Counted from the first letter of the stretch, positions 1 through 13,808 are shown. The stretch is DNA of 64,000 bases from Octopus sinensis (GCF_006345805.1 NC_043007.1:56482001-56546000), one strand, 5' to 3'. Notes: a model not told the origin generated them from the sequence alone. A program made the numbers and translations.

Positions 1-160
1 AATCTCGTGCTGGGGTAAAATATTCTTTGCCTATCTCTGACTTTCTTTCTTGACTGTGGCTAGACACGACAAGGGAATGTTCACCTTCAGGTCTAAAGTA
101 CTCAAAACACGCTGTTTACCATGAAGGCACACCTAAGAGTTTAGTACCCTTAGCAAATAG

Positions 161-196
161 ATGGATAGATAGATACATACATACATACATACATAC

Positions 197-250
<54 letters not shown>
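161..250. repeat. Compound microsatellite (GATA/TACA/TA)n
   Basis: Direct reading of tandem tetra- and dinucleotide runs. Confidence 0.95.
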
Positions 251-252
<2 letters not shown>

Positions 253-299
253 GCTCGCGCGCATGTATGTGTGAGCACATTCGAGCGTGTGTACGTAGC

Positions 300-800
300 T
301 TTAGAGTAAAGATTTATAGGAAGCGTGTAAAGGTGTAGGAGAGAGAGAGGGGGGGAAGAGGAAGATAACTAAAAGAAGCATAACTAAAAGAAGAGGGAAA
401 GTAAAAGAGATAACGTAAAGGAGAGAAGGAGGAAGAGGGTGAAAATAAACAACAGTAGAGAAGCTGACGAAGGAAAACATGGGAAGTAATTCAGGAGAAG
501 AGAAAAAGAGTGAAAGAGAAAGAGGGAGGAATTTTTCTTTAAATGAACAGTAATAAAGTGAGTAAAGGGGAAAGTGAAAGTAGGAGAAAAATGGAAAGAG
601 GGGGATAATGTAATAAAAAGATAATGAATATGAAAAAGAAAGAGAGAGAGAGAGATAGAGAGAATGGAACAAGAGAGATAGGAAGATAAGAATGTGACAC
701 AGAGGGTGGGGAAAAGGGTCAATAAAAATTGTTGAGGGAAATAATGGGAAGAGATAAAGAGATGATGAATAAAACGATAAATTATGAAAAGCTGATAGAA
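300..800. repeat. GA-rich low-complexity tract
   Basis: Strong purine bias on + strand; the overlapping minus-strand ORFs are F/L/S-rich artefacts. Confidence 0.8.
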
Positions 801-1868
801 CCGGAAGCGAAGAGCAGAGGGTTGTGTGATGAATTTGTTTTTATGACCATCTTTTAGGCAAGAATTAGCTTGATAAAACTTTGATCTATAATGAGCCAAT
901 CGATAATAAATCAATCAATGAAAGATCAATCAGCAAACAATCAATTCCTGGTGAATAATCGCATAATTTGTCATGAGTCAGAGCCCGTAAGCAGATCCAG
1001 TCATTATGAGGTCTCTAGAAAACAATCAGAGATATTCAATTGTAACGATGTACGCACCATTTTGTCTTATTCTATTTCTCTCCCTTTTTGTTTAGGTATG
1101 AAAGAGCATCATGTTCAATATATTGAACTGATAGCGATGGTGACGATTGTTGTGGCTGTAGCTGCAGTGATGGTGAAGGTGTTATTGTGATGATGATGAT
1201 GATCATCATCATCATCATCATCATCATCATCGTCGTGGAGCTATAAGTTGTGATAATGAGGATAACATTTAATGATAACAGTGGCGGTAGTGATGGTAGA
1301 TTGTTAGATATTTTTTGTTTTATTTTGTTTTGTTAACGACGGACACGTGAGGATAAGTCATTTCAAATATCTAACATTAATATAAAATATATAGTTAGAA
1401 GATTAAATAGATTGTATAGACTGTCAAAAACGGAAAGTTAAATAGGTTGGTGGGGAGCTACGCACGCGCGCACGCAAACACACGCATGTATGTGTACATG
1501 TGTGCGCGCATAGGAGTATATTTGAAAAAATAAATTATAAACAATCTGCATCTTATAGCGAATACTTTCCCAGTTTGTAAGCACAAATACTCTATAGAGG
1601 ATGTGTGCATGTGCAGGTGTGCCTGTGTGTGTGTCTGTGTCTGTGTGTGAATGCATGGATCATTGTACGGTTAAAAATTCCTGCTCACAACCAAGTGATT
1701 TTGAGTTCCAACGGACAGAAGGTGGCACTGGAAAAGTGTTTTGGACATTGCTATCCTCGGATGCCCTGCAGCAAATGAGAACACAGAAACCAGTGAAGGA
1801 CATTCAATTCCGAAATACGCAACCCCACCACACATACATACATACATACATACATACATACATACACT

Positions 1869-1940
1869 AGGTTATGGGGACGTAAACGCACCAGCACCGG
1901 TTGTCAAGCGGTGATGAGGGAACTAACGCAAACACATAGA

Positions 1941-1984
<44 letters not shown>

Positions 1985-2170
1985 CACACACACGCACATA
2001 TACATATGTATATATGACGGGCTTCTTTCTCTTTCCGTCTACTAAATCCACTCACAAGGCCCTGGTCGGCCCAAAGCTATTGTAGAAGACACTTACGCAT
2101 GGTTCCACGCAGTGGAACTTACGTCGGAATAATATGGTTGGAATCAAGCTTCCTACTACATAGCCATGCC
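1869..2170 (-). mobile_element. tRNA-head SINE family A (CORE-like), with internal CA/TA microsatellite
   Basis: Reverse complement matches the better-preserved copy at 16533-16899 (gtgagtggatt..gtagacggaaa..gaaagaagcccgtc; acgtccccata). Confidence 0.85.
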
Positions 2171-2861
2171 AGAGCATAATGCCCTCTATTGCGTTTTTGT
2201 TCCATTTATATATATATAGATATATATAGCGGCGTACGTACACCCTTGTGCTTATAGTAGGTATGTATCTAAATTTTGTATGACTCACTCTATCTTTTAT
2301 TTCCCTCTCATTTTTCTTCCTTTCTCTCGCTCCCCCTCTCTCACACTTCTTCGCCCTCTTTCTTTAACCCCCACTATTCCCCACTCGTTTATCTCCCATG
2401 CATCTTTCCCTTTGTCTCTGGCTTTTTCTAATCCTTCAATCCCGCTGTCCCCTACCCATTTCTCCTCTTTCCACGTAACTGGTGTCCAGCCAGCCATGAT
2501 CTTTCTCTCTTGGTCTGATTACCAATCGTCAACACGCCAGCTCAATCCATACACGCCAGCTCAATTTTAATTGTTCTCAGTCGAAAGACACCTATTCTTA
2601 TTTTTTGTTGTTTGTATTCGTAATTCTGTACCATTTTCTCCGTTTTTTTGTATTTTCTGTTTGTCTTTGTTGCCGTATACATTCACTAGCTTTCTTACAA
2701 AGGGGTCTAATGCTCTTAGCTTAGATTGTTATGGGGGACAACCAGATCGAACCATCTCAAGTGTAACTGTCCGAAATGGTAGTGACCTCTGGTACTTGAC
2801 TGAAGAAAGAAAGCCAAGAATGACTCGTCTTTTTTGTCCGGAACTCACATGTGAAAAAAAT

Positions 2862-3498
2862 TTCGTGTCCAGCGAATATGGTGAATGGGGCATCGTTTCA
2901 TATTCAAACTGCTCCAACCTTTGGAATGTCATCCTCACTGTATGTAGCCGAGCATTATTCTGATGGAAGAACACCTTTCGTCTTGAAACCAAAGATGGTC
3001 GTTTTCCGATGGCATACAGGTGTTGAATGACCAAATCCAAGCTTCTCTGTTAGTTCCTCAACAGTTATGATGGGATTTTGTTTCACCAGGGTTTGCAGGA
3101 CGTCTTCGTCGAGGTCTACAGATATTCCTGGACGAGGCTCATCTTTTAGGCTCTAGTTTTCAGCTCTGAATTTCCGTAACCACCGTAGCTACTGGTTTAC
3201 GCTTATTGTCCGATCCCCGTGTACAGCTTTAATATTCTTCGCACTTTCCGTTGCGTTATTGCCTTTATTGAACTCATAAAGCAAAATATGCCGAATATGC
3301 TTCTTTGTCACTTCCATTATAGCTTTGAGAAAATAACTTAAAGTCGAACTGTACTCTTCAAAAATTGCACTAAGAATAAGTACAAGGTAAAATTACTACC
3401 TATTCTAAATCAAGTTGATGCAGGTAGTTTATCCCAACCCACTCCGACTTTTAGCTCATGCAATTGAAAAACGGCATTATTTATGGGATGACCCAATA
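2862..3498 (-). mobile_element. Internally deleted mariner element, 3' end truncated
   Basis: Minus strand gives MEVTKKHIRHILLYEFNKGNNATESAKNI (HTH region), then IGKRPSLVSRRKVFFHQNNARLHT and HSPYS; 5' TIR tattgggtcatcccataaataatgccg ends at 3498; homologous to 23451-24350. Confidence 0.9.
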
Positions 3499-3699
3499 TA
3501 AACATGTATATGAATATACATGTGTAAGAAATACGACGATTACAAATGAGTACCACAATTTCATTCAATCGACCTTTGGTCGAGAAGAAATTGCTTGTAA
3601 TCGCGTAAGTTGTGTGTGATCGCTGCACTTTGAATTGATAATGCAATATTACCTGGCATTTTTTTATCTGAAGTAGGATGTTTGGGAAATTCTTGATAA

Positions 3700-4130
3700 A
3701 ATATTCATGTTTATACCGACTGGTTGAAATTAATTATCCCATGTTTATGACTGGAGTATCGAGTCGAATGATATGAATTATCTTTCTAAGCCAGAGGTTG
3801 CTGAACTTCTATTCATCAATAAATGCCATTGCATAATGTAATACCAGTTACTTAATGTGAATAAGATCACCTTTTAAGATTGCCTGTTTTCCAAATGTAC
3901 TTCGAAAGTTCTGTGGTGTTTTTGCAGTTTCAATGATAAAATGCGATATGCTGGTGCAGGCAATACTGGAAGGAATGATTTGCAAGTTCCATTTTGTTTG
4001 TAGATATGTTGCCAATTGAGTCATTAGCATGATTTACTATGATCTTTTTTAGGCATTTACTCCAGCATGTTTGCTTGGATTGTCATCATTTGTTTATAGT
4101 ATCATTACATAAACAGTTGGTATGTTTTAC
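3700..4130 (-). mobile_element. Degenerate Penelope-like GIY-YIG endonuclease remnant
   Basis: Minus-strand fragments GNISTNKMELANHSF and KNTTELSKYIWK resemble the PLE endonuclease C-terminal motif (TELSKYIW). Confidence 0.55.
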
Positions 4131-4407
4131 AAGAAACAGGAGCGCACCTTTTTCTAATCATTGCAAAAAAACAAAACAAAAAACAAAACAAAGAAAAACA
4201 GCGAAATATGTGGCCATTCGAGAACTATTCTGATATGACAGACAAAATGTATGGCAACACTGCTTTTGCATTAATATGGTAAGATATATACATTTACATT
4301 TTCTTATAATTTTTTGGTTTCGCACTTGTAGAACGCTTAGCAGTAAAGGAAAACGCTTTATAGGTGTGAAAACAACGATCACTCTATAATCGCCCATAAG
4401 TTTTAAC

Positions 4408-4570
4408 CTCCTGCGGTTCTGTGTGGTAAGAACCTTGCTTCCCAATCACATGATACCGGGTTCAGTACCATTGCTCGACACCTTGGGCAAGTTGCTTCTT
4501 CTATATCCTTGGGCCGACCAAGGCCTTATGAGTGGATTTGGTAGACGGAAACTGAAAGAAGCCCATTGTA
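4408..4570 (+). mobile_element. SINE family A, 5' half (inside the left arm of the inverted duplication)
   Basis: gtgtggtaag..ccgggttcagtacc..accttgggcaagt..gtagacggaaactgaaagaagccc. Confidence 0.85.
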
Positions 4571-4642
4571 TACATATATATATATATAATTTTTCGCCGA
4601 GGTCGACTTTGCCTTTCTTGCTTTCGAGGTCGGTAAAATAAG

Positions 4643-4676
<34 letters not shown>

Positions 4677-4684
4677 ATATATAT

Positions 4685-4895
4685 ACTTGTTTCAGACATC
4701 AGATTGCGGCAATTTAGGAGCATCGCCTTGAAGGATTCTTTTAGTCGATTGTATGGACCCAATAAGCCTGGTACTTTTATTCTAGCATTGTCTTTTGCCG
4801 AACCGCTAATTACGGGGACGTAAACACACTATCATCAGTTGTCAAGCGGTAGCGGGGACACAAACACACACACAAACACACACACACATACACAT

Positions 4896-4927
<32 letters not shown>

Positions 4928-5097
4928 GTATGTATACAATGGGCTTCTTTCAGTTTCCGTCTACCAAATCCACTCATAAGGCCTTGGTCGGCCCAAGGAT
5001 ATAGAAGAAGCAACTTGCCCAAGGTGTCGAGCAATGGTACTGAACCCGGTATCATGTGATTGGGAAGCAAGGTTCTTACCACACAGAACCGCAGGAG
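4685..5097 (-). mobile_element. SINE family A, near full length
   Basis: Reverse complement covers the head, central microsatellite and 3' body (ttgccgaaccgctaattacggggacgtaaac). Confidence 0.85.
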
Positions 5098-5313
5098 GTT
5101 AAAACTTATGGGCGATTATAGAGTGATCGTTGTTTTCACACCTATAAAGCGTTTTCCTTTACTGCTAAGCGTTCTACAAGTGCGAAACCAATGATCTCTC
5201 GACTGTAACATTTAACTTCCTTAAAAATATATTGTTGCTCTAATGCTTTGGAGCGTCTTTTCTTTTTCGGATATATTAATTACTGACGATACATACATAC
5301 ATACATACATACA

Positions 5314-5346
<33 letters not shown>

Positions 5347-5399
5347 GTACATATATATATACATACATACAGAGAGTGAGAGAGAGAGGAGGGATATGA

Positions 5400-5944
5400 G
5401 AGGTATTGGTGTCAAGATACCCAAAGGTATCAGGCAATGCTGAGTAAGTGCTATTGACAGATAATAGTTAAGCTTCAGGTTCGATAATGATACGAATAGG
5501 GAGTCCAACGTAGGTCGTGCATTAGCATGCATATATATTAAAATTAACAGAATGCGATAAAAATGTCCAAGGCTGTAAATAGTTTTCAGAACATTTAAAA
5601 AGAGGTCTTACACCTTTTCCGGAATATTTTATATATCCCTTCGTTAGAGACGGTGCGAGAAAATGTTTAAGTAATAGTTATTATAGAGAAGATATGAAAT
5701 ACAGAGTGAAGTGAAGGAATGAAAACAGACGTGAGATATGTAAGGATATTGTATTTGCATTGTATTGCATCTCACGTCTGTTTTCATTCCACCACTTCAT
5801 TATACATTTCATATCTTCACTATAATAACTATTACTTAAACATTTTCTCACACCGTCTCTGATGAAGGGATATGTAAAATATCCTGGAAACAGTTGTGAG
5901 ACCTTCTCTTTATAAATGTTCTCAAAACTATTCACAGCCTTGGA
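5400..5944. mobile_element. PLE pseudo-LTR-like fold-back element with degenerate hammerheads in both arms
   Basis: Imperfect arms 5566-~5735 and ~5768-5944; homologous in sequence and layout to 17585-18400. Confidence 0.65.
5855..5902 (+). ncRNA. Minimal type I hammerhead motif, probably inactive (GUG at cleavage triplet)
   Basis: gtct-CTGATGA-a-gggatat/gtaaa/atatcct-g-GAAA-cagttg-TG-agac; stem I gtct/agac. Confidence 0.55.
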
Positions 5945-5964
5945 TTCTTTATCTCATTCTGTTA

Positions 5965-6034
<70 letters not shown>

Positions 6035-6037
<3 letters not shown>

Positions 6038-6720
6038 GAGACGGCGGAATTAAGCGTGCTTAGAAATTAGACCCTAAAACATTAAGGGCATCAAAATCAA
6101 AACGTAACACAACACCTCATCGCAAAACATTACTGTTTATATCAACTCACAACTCACAACAAGAAACAAGAGGCAAACAACACTATTGTACAAAATCTAT
6201 CTATGCTCACTAGAGATCCAAAAATGAACAACATTCGGAAAACACATAAATTAATCAAATGCAAAAAGCAACACAAATCGCTGAAAAGACTTCTAGCACA
6301 ACAACTACTAAACCAACGGTTAAAAAATGTGGATACCCAAACTTTGGGACATGCCGCAATTTACTGGAAGGCACGGAATTCCTACTGAAACAAGTAGAGA
6401 CGTTCGCGATTAAAGCCAACTTCACTTGTGTTTCCGAGAATCTAATCTATGTTATAACTTGCTCAGGTTGTGGATATAAATATATAGGACAGACAAGTAT
6501 GACACTGAGACGTAGAACCACTCTATATAAGGAACAAATCCGCAATACAGACAGATTGCTTTCAGTGAGCACATAGAGAGATGTGCAGGTAATATCCAGC
6601 CAAACTTCACGGTTTTCCCCATGTACTAGTTTAAAAAGTTCTATACAAGGACGTATGAATAAAGAAAATTTGTTCATCGAAAAATACAGAACACGTCTAA
6701 ATATAAATGCACAATCAACT
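6035..6720 (+). mobile_element. Penelope-like element 3' part (GIY-YIG endonuclease), frameshifted
   Basis: ORF 6259-6576 KKCGYPNFGTC...NLIYVITCSGCGYKYIGQT (GIY-YIG with Cys motifs); continues in adjacent frames to KENLFIEKYRTRLN. Confidence 0.9.
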
Positions 6721-7569
6721 TTGAACTCAGTATATATTTCAATTCTTGATCACATAGCCATCACTATATATATTTCATCTCACTACTTTAGCTTTTGAGT
6801 TTTTGCACTTATTTATCCTCTCCCCGGAAGATGAGCAATTACTTCTCCAGTCCAAATAATGACAATCACCAATTACCTCTCCTTAGATGTTTTTACTTTC
6901 TACATTCATTCACACAGAACATGGACTAAAATCATCTTCAGAAAATACGAAATTACAATAATTTCAATGCCATGATTAGCGAAAGGGAAACAGGTCGACA
7001 AACATAATACAAAATATATTATAAATATATTAAAACTATGTAAAGTGTGTGTATTTTCGTTCTTTTATTATATATATATATACATATATATATGTGTGTG
7101 TATGTGTGTATATATATATATATATATACACACATGCATATGTCTACATACCGACTAACATGTATTCGTAAATGTCTAAGTGTATGTATGTATGTATTCG
7201 TGCTTATATGTACATTCATGCATGCACACACATACACACGCACAGACAAATCAAGCATATTATATATAAGGTTGTATGTTTGTATGTAGATAAACAATTA
7301 TCTCGCAGGCATGAGGCATGCGTCGAATCGATCAGATGTCAGTCACTACCTACCTACTAATATGTACTCTGCATAATAATAATATATAGATACATGGAGT
7401 AACCAAATCTAACCTTGTAGAATTCTCTCTCTCTCTCTATTTACATATATGTATGTGTGTGTGTGCGTGTGTGTGTGCATGTGTGTGTATGCACCAGCTA
7501 GAGAGGTGCGGTTATGCTGGGGCGCCGCCGTTAGCATTGCTGCACCTTCACTACCTCTGATATGTAGTA

Positions 7570-8625
7570 TTTTGTGTATGAGGGAATTTGATGTTGCTGC
7601 TGTCTTCTGCGTTTCCTGCCGTGAGGTAAGCTCTTCCGGAATCCTTGACTGAAGGATATCCAGTTTGGTTGAAGACACGTACATCTACACCAAAGAGATT
7701 TCTCAGGCTTTTTGAAAGGATGTTGAAGACCTGTGGCTCTTGAAATCCAAGCTGTGCAGTATCTGGTTTTGTAACTTGATAACGAAGTTGGGATCTTTTC
7801 CACTATGCAGTGGCGCTCCGTTCTGCTGTTTGTGTAAATTTCAATGCCAAAGTTTGGCACAGGTCCTTCCGCCTTCGTTCTAGGATATAAAATCTGAACC
7901 CTTTTAGACTTTCTCAGTAGATGACACGTTGCATTGAAACCAACCATCTTTGTGTATTTATACTGGATTGCTTCAAGTTCTGCCGTTAATCTTATACTGT
8001 GTGGTGACTATAGTTTGGAGCAGTGGCTGAGAACATATATACCCCCAAAGACCATCATGGTTTCCTGTTCTCTCGATCTGACCTTTCAAAGGATCCATCC
8101 GACCAGTCGTCTGCATTTCATTGCCAAGTTGATAATATGCACCCGTAAGATCAATATTACTCATTTCAATGCACAAGTCGCGCACTACTTTTGATTCAGG
8201 TATTACAATCCCTCCTGGGATGTATTTTGTCTGCATTTCGTTCTGCTTTGTGTGTTATTAGTATAGGACTTGAAATTTTCTAGCATTAAATCGCATGTTA
8301 TTGTCCTCAGCCAACTTGTATGTTGCGTCGAACTCCTGTTACACGTGCGCTTATTTTCCAGGGTTCTTTTGTATCATCTGCATAGCTAGCAAGAGTGGTT
8401 ATCTGAGCAGCTGAGGGAATGACAAAGAGGACCACTATGATCAGCAGTGGCCCAAACACAGTACCCTGTGGAACAACACGAACTATTTGTCTTTCATAAG
8501 AAGTGGCTCAATTGGCCTCCATTGCCTGACTTAGAAAATCGTTAGACACTCTTCAAGTTTCCGAACACATTGAGATCATGTAGCTTGTGACATATATTAT
8601 GGTCAACTGTATCAAAAGGTTTTAG
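7570..8625 (-). mobile_element. CR1/L2-type LINE, RT and C-terminal remnant
   Basis: Minus-strand fragments FDTVDHNI, VPQGTVFGPLL, YADDTK and TKLDILQSRIPEELT..AATSNSL; many stops. Confidence 0.8.
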
Positions 8626-8645
8626 ATAGATAAATAAACCTATAT

Positions 8646-8756
<111 letters not shown>

Positions 8757-9496
8757 AAACATATGTAAGAGGAACAAGAAAGATATTTCAATCGGTAAAT
8801 CTTCTGTTTTCCCCAATTCCAATTTCTAAAACTGCGTTTATTTTGTTTTTTTAAGGTGGTAGGTTTTATTTAATTTTTAGGATTCAGGTTACCCTTAGGC
8901 TCAACAGAACATCTTCCATTCCTCTCGCATGTCAGGAAGCCCGGAAAACGGTCATAGCCACCGTTCTTTCTTCTCTTGCAACGCAATTACAGTTTTTTAA
9001 ATAATTTCGGAGTGTTCCCTGAAATATATTTTTATTCGCTAAGGGGGTCATTTCTCATCTTGCTCCGAACATCTTTAAAATGGCTCTAAATATCTAACAC
9101 AGTGGAATTAATCACTTTGGTGATTTCTAAAATTTCAACATTTTAGAGTTGCTGTAAGCTTTGTCTTTCGTCGTCTCACAGTTTGGGCTACTAATATAGT
9201 AAACACATATATATCCAATATTAAACGAAAGCAACAAGTACCAGGCTAATATGTATAAAAACGTTAAGTACTGGCATCCATTCATTCGACTAAAAGTTTT
9301 AAAGCTGGTAGTGCATGGCCACAGTCAAATGACTGAAATAGTAAAACGAAAATTCATATACCTCCATCAGAAAGCAAGTTAAGCAAAATTTTTCAATGTT
9401 GTTTTTCTGTCTATTTCATTGATTTCGTAAATGTTTTCATCCCCACTGCAATTGTTTCATCAATATTCGCTTTACACTTTGACACAAAGAAATATG

Positions 9497-9548
<52 letters not shown>

Positions 9549-9690
9549 TTTCAAATTTTTGAATGAGGTCAGCATTTTGTGTAATTGCCACATAAATTAC
9601 AATGTAATTGTAATTTGCCTTATGGATATGGGTGTATGTGTGTGTATGTATTTATGTATGTATGCATATAAAAATATATAGGAATAAATT

Positions 9691-9793
9691 CGAGAGGTGT
9701 ATGAAAAGTCTTGACTCTCAATAAAAACAAAACAAGGTACAAGTCTTGAAAGCTCAAAGCCCTTGAAAGGCTCAAAACCTTTCATACACCCCT

Positions 9794-9795
<2 letters not shown>
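9691..9795. mobile_element. 105-bp mariner-type MITE
   Basis: Terminal inverted repeats cgagaggtgtatgaaaag / ctttcatacacccctcg; TA target duplication eroded (tt/tg). Confidence 0.6.
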
Positions 9796-9848
<53 letters not shown>

Positions 9849-9949
9849 AAGGAAAATTACACAGAAAAATAAACCTCACACAAAATCTCATTCCCTATCC
9901 CTTAGAAACATTGCTCGAGCAAGAATATAATATTTTATTTTGGGAAATG

Positions 9950-10390
9950 ATCAGTGAGCCGAAACAACAAAACGTTGTGGTAGGCATTTGAAATCTTTTC
10001 ATTTATTTTTACAACAATAATGTCTCTGAGAACGCAATGCCTATCGCATCATCACATTTTGAACAGGAGAAGCGTTTAGTGAGTTGCAAGTCAACTTCTT
10101 TCAACTATATCTGTGGTAGAGAAAACTAGAAATTATCATCAGTTCTACATGATCTAACCTTAGATGGTGGTAGAATCACTTGATCTCATCCATTACAAAT
10201 CCGATGTTAAATCTGAATTTTGTATCTTTTTACCAGATGTCATATCGAGAGCCAAGCTTGCCATTACGCTGTCTTTTCATTGGTAAAATGTCCTATTGCA
10301 GTACTTCCGAACGACTATTATGACATCAGGTGTTAATCGATGAACTAGTTCCAGTCAACGCTAGAAATCCATTTTTTTGCTTCATTATAT
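9950..10390 (-). mobile_element. Possible highly degenerate Penelope RT remnant
   Basis: Weak motif resemblance (GTAIGHF similar to GTAMG); broken frames. Confidence 0.3.
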
Positions 10391-10749
10391 TTGTATGTGC
10401 ATGTCTTTATTTCACTTACTCCGTTAGCGCCGTTGAGATAGACTTCAGTACTTCAGTATAACAACTATTCAGTACCATACAGGTGAACTTTTTCATGAAC
10501 GTTTCTGATGATGAATAATGGATAAATAAGCTACTTTATCGTCTTAGTTGGTGCAATGAATATCAATCCTTCGACATAGGCACCCGCATAGATATTCTGT
10601 GTTTATATGTCTATGACTCTGTCTGTCTGTGTATATGATTATATGCATTTTTACATTATATCTATATTTGGCTTTTGTTTATTTTATTTTATCTTTTGTT
10701 TATTTATTTCTGTTATTTTTATTATTTCAGTATCGATGGAATGTGTACT

Positions 10750-11990
10750 GAATTTCGGTGGGGTAAAATGTTTATTTTAAGAAGCCTAATAGATCAACAA
10801 TGTCCTAGCAGACGATCTAAAACTGGGTGTAGAAGAGGAGGGTGTGTGTAGGTGGATGTAAGTGGGGGAGAAAGAGAATTCAACATTCCAAATGTAACTT
10901 TAACTATAAAGAAGTACGCCAACAAACAGGGGTTGCCATTTAACCACTTACATTGAAGACAAGTATACTTGGCTTAGATATCCCTAGGTAGATGAGTAAT
11001 GAGGGTGTCGGAATACTAATTAAAGGGCCCAATTTTATACGCAGTAATCAACGTCGTGATGGGTCAGTTGAAAAGTACACTGAGTCCTAAAACTCTTCAC
11101 TAAATCCAGCATGTTGACTCTATGCTTAACAAATGTTCAAAAATGTAAGTAGGTTTAAAGATTAAGTAGTCATAATCCTGATTACATATTTGAACAATTT
11201 TTTAAACAATTTTTAAGTGTTGACGTTGAAATAGCCACATTTTATCATTCGGGTGTACATACTCGCTGGTGATAATCTCCCGATAAGTTGTGATTGCAAT
11301 ACGATTTCCATTCCTTCATGGACCATTTCATTTAAATTGCTACTCGTAAACTTTATTTCTAGTTAAAATGACTAATACTGCTCTCTAATTTAGGAAAGAT
11401 GGAACAATACGATTGAACAACTGGTAAACAATGCAAAAGGTAGAATATACTGTGCAGCATAAGATGAGATTATGCAGGGAGACTGATTATCCACATTGCA
11501 GAATGTATCGATTGCTTACTGAATCGAGATCTCAAATCTGTTTTTAGATAACAGTAGAGATTTTTAGACAAGTATCGTTTCCTTCGTTTTAAATATTTTC
11601 TACTATCAGTAGATGCCACTATCATGTGAATACATGAAGTTAACAATTTTATATCGTCACATCTGTAATTATTTATATGACTGCTATATATATAGTTAAC
11701 TGAAACCATAACCGTCACATGAAAGCAAATATGACATGCTAGCATATACCACGCTTTTTCTAATGGTTTTATGTGCCTAAGAAAGATGGTCCATATCTTG
11801 AGATCCAGTCATTTCCGAAATAACACCATTCGCCTCCCAATCCAGGCCGATTTCGATATTTGTACACCTTGTGCACAAAATGGGCACAAAAGTGTGTGTC
11901 CCGGAATTTTATTTCACAGGTGGCTACTGCATCTCTAGCAAGTGACCTGGGATCATTGAGTCAAGAACATTACTCCATGGCAAAACCAGG
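10750..11990 (+). mobile_element. Possible highly degenerate Penelope N-terminal/RT remnant
   Basis: LYTLCTKWAQKCVSRNFISQVATASLASDLGSL loosely aligns to the PLE motif LYGLPKxHK..RPIIS..YxLAKxL. Confidence 0.3.
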
Positions 11991-13679
11991 ACATGTCCAT
12001 TTATGTTACTCCGGTTACAGCCATATTAATCGGAAATGAGTTGTTGAGGGAAGATTTTTCTTTTATTTGTAGGTGTTTCTTTGATCGTGACTTTGTACAA
12101 CATTTTGAGAATTTTCTTTCGACATCACGCACAATATTTTTAGTAGATTCTAAGATGATTAGGTGGGTGGTATCGTGTGGTACTGTTCTGTGAAGGCTTT
12201 GTGTGTTTGTTTGTTTAAATAAACCATTATGTTATTGTTTCTGCTTATAGATGTGAAGTTTTTAGTGATTTTTAAGTTATGCTGATAGTGATGTTGTTGA
12301 AAGTGTTTTTGTTAGTTTTGTGTTTGTTGTAGTGTCGCTGACGTCATAGTGTTGATGTGTAACTGGTTGGTGATCACCCTACCTCACCCTCAGGCATTTT
12401 GACCATCAGCATAAGCTTTTCATTTTTTCCCTTTTATGCTTACCCGTGTCTTTTGACTTGGATTTCTTGTTTCGCGTTCGTTGCACAAAAGATAGCTAAG
12501 AGATATATGTTTCCGAGTTTGGGTGATTTTCTGTTTTTATGTAGGGTTGGTTGATGTTGTTGGTGTTGTTGCCTTTGTTTATCATAACGTTGGTTTATGT
12601 TATGTTGGTAGCTGCTGTTGATCTTAATGTTCTAGCTATTCTTTTTCATTTCCTAAATTTATTCTCTTTCCCATTTTCATTCCCCTGATTCATTCTTTTC
12701 TTTATACATTGATTTATTTCACTTTACTATCTCTTTCACCTGTTCGTACATTACTCATTTCACTAATTCCATTTTTCCATTTAATTTTTATTTCACCCAT
12801 TCAATGAGCTCAGACATTTACATTGATATTTCATTCACCTTTCACCCCATTTTCTTCTTTCATTTAATTATATCATTATTTAGATATTAATATTCCTCTC
12901 TTTGCTCATTTTTCACGCGCTTAATTCTTTTCCTTCTCTATTCATTACTAACTTTCACTCGGCATATTACTTCATTCCCTTTGCATACGTTTTTTTTCTT
13001 TTATACTTATTTCATTTCCTATTTTACTAATCTTCAATTCTCTCATTCCCCACCTTATTCATTCTTACATTTTATTCGGCTATTAATTCATTCCTCTATT
13101 ATCTTGATCGTCTGTTTATTTTGTTGGTTTCCCTAACAATCTTACAAGTCTAGTCGAGTGTTATCATCTAAGCTCCAATGTCCTCAATGCTAATCCTTCA
13201 AAATTCCCTTTCTGCGGACGTCTTGACATTCAAACTAAACGATAGTAGCTGGAAGGAAACCTTGAGTGGGATTAACAGTAAATCTTTTAGAATATTCAAT
13301 GAGTTTTTCATTATTTGAACTTGTTACCCTTTTTCTCGATACTATTTTATAGTAAAAATGTTTATGCCTGTGTTTGCAAGTCTGTCAGACGTCTTACGTC
13401 AACCTTTAATTTCATATAAATACTTATGCTTGAATATACAGAAGAGAAACAGAGTACTCAATACATATAGTAGAGTTTATTTGTTTGGAGATGATGGACC
13501 ACTTAATCGTTATACAGAGCTTCTTGCGATGTATACTAAATACTTCTGACAAAACGATATTTTTCGTCACCTGTCGGATCGCACGTGCTGATCACTTGAT
13601 TCGTTGGAGTAAACCATCCGCTTAAAACGAACATACGTATATGCTTACATATATGCGTGTGTGTATATTATGCATTTTA

Positions 13680-13722
13680 TATATATAGATATATAGATAT
13701 AGATATAGATATATATACATAC

Positions 13723-13773
<51 letters not shown>

Positions 13774-13808
13774 ATATATGCATGTATGTACGTATATATA
13801 TATATATA

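Larger units (their letters stand above)
4314..5191. repeat. Inverted duplication, 263-bp arms (4314-4576 and 4929-5191), 352-bp spacer
   Basis: Arms read as exact reverse complements and include about 90 bp of non-SINE flank; identical peptides in the ORF track at 4423+ and 5082-. Confidence 0.95.

Noticed and set aside
1188-1232. (TGA)n(TCA)n self-complementary tract
   Set aside because: Adjacent microsatellites in opposite orientation; hairpin-capable but unremarkable in this genome context.
4825-4845. CTGATGA on the minus strand inside a SINE
   Set aside because: Chance variant of SINE sequence; no stem II-GAAA follows.
12000-13620. Possible further Penelope remnants on the minus strand
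   Set aside because: Composition is suggestive, but I could not read any diagnostic motif with confidence.
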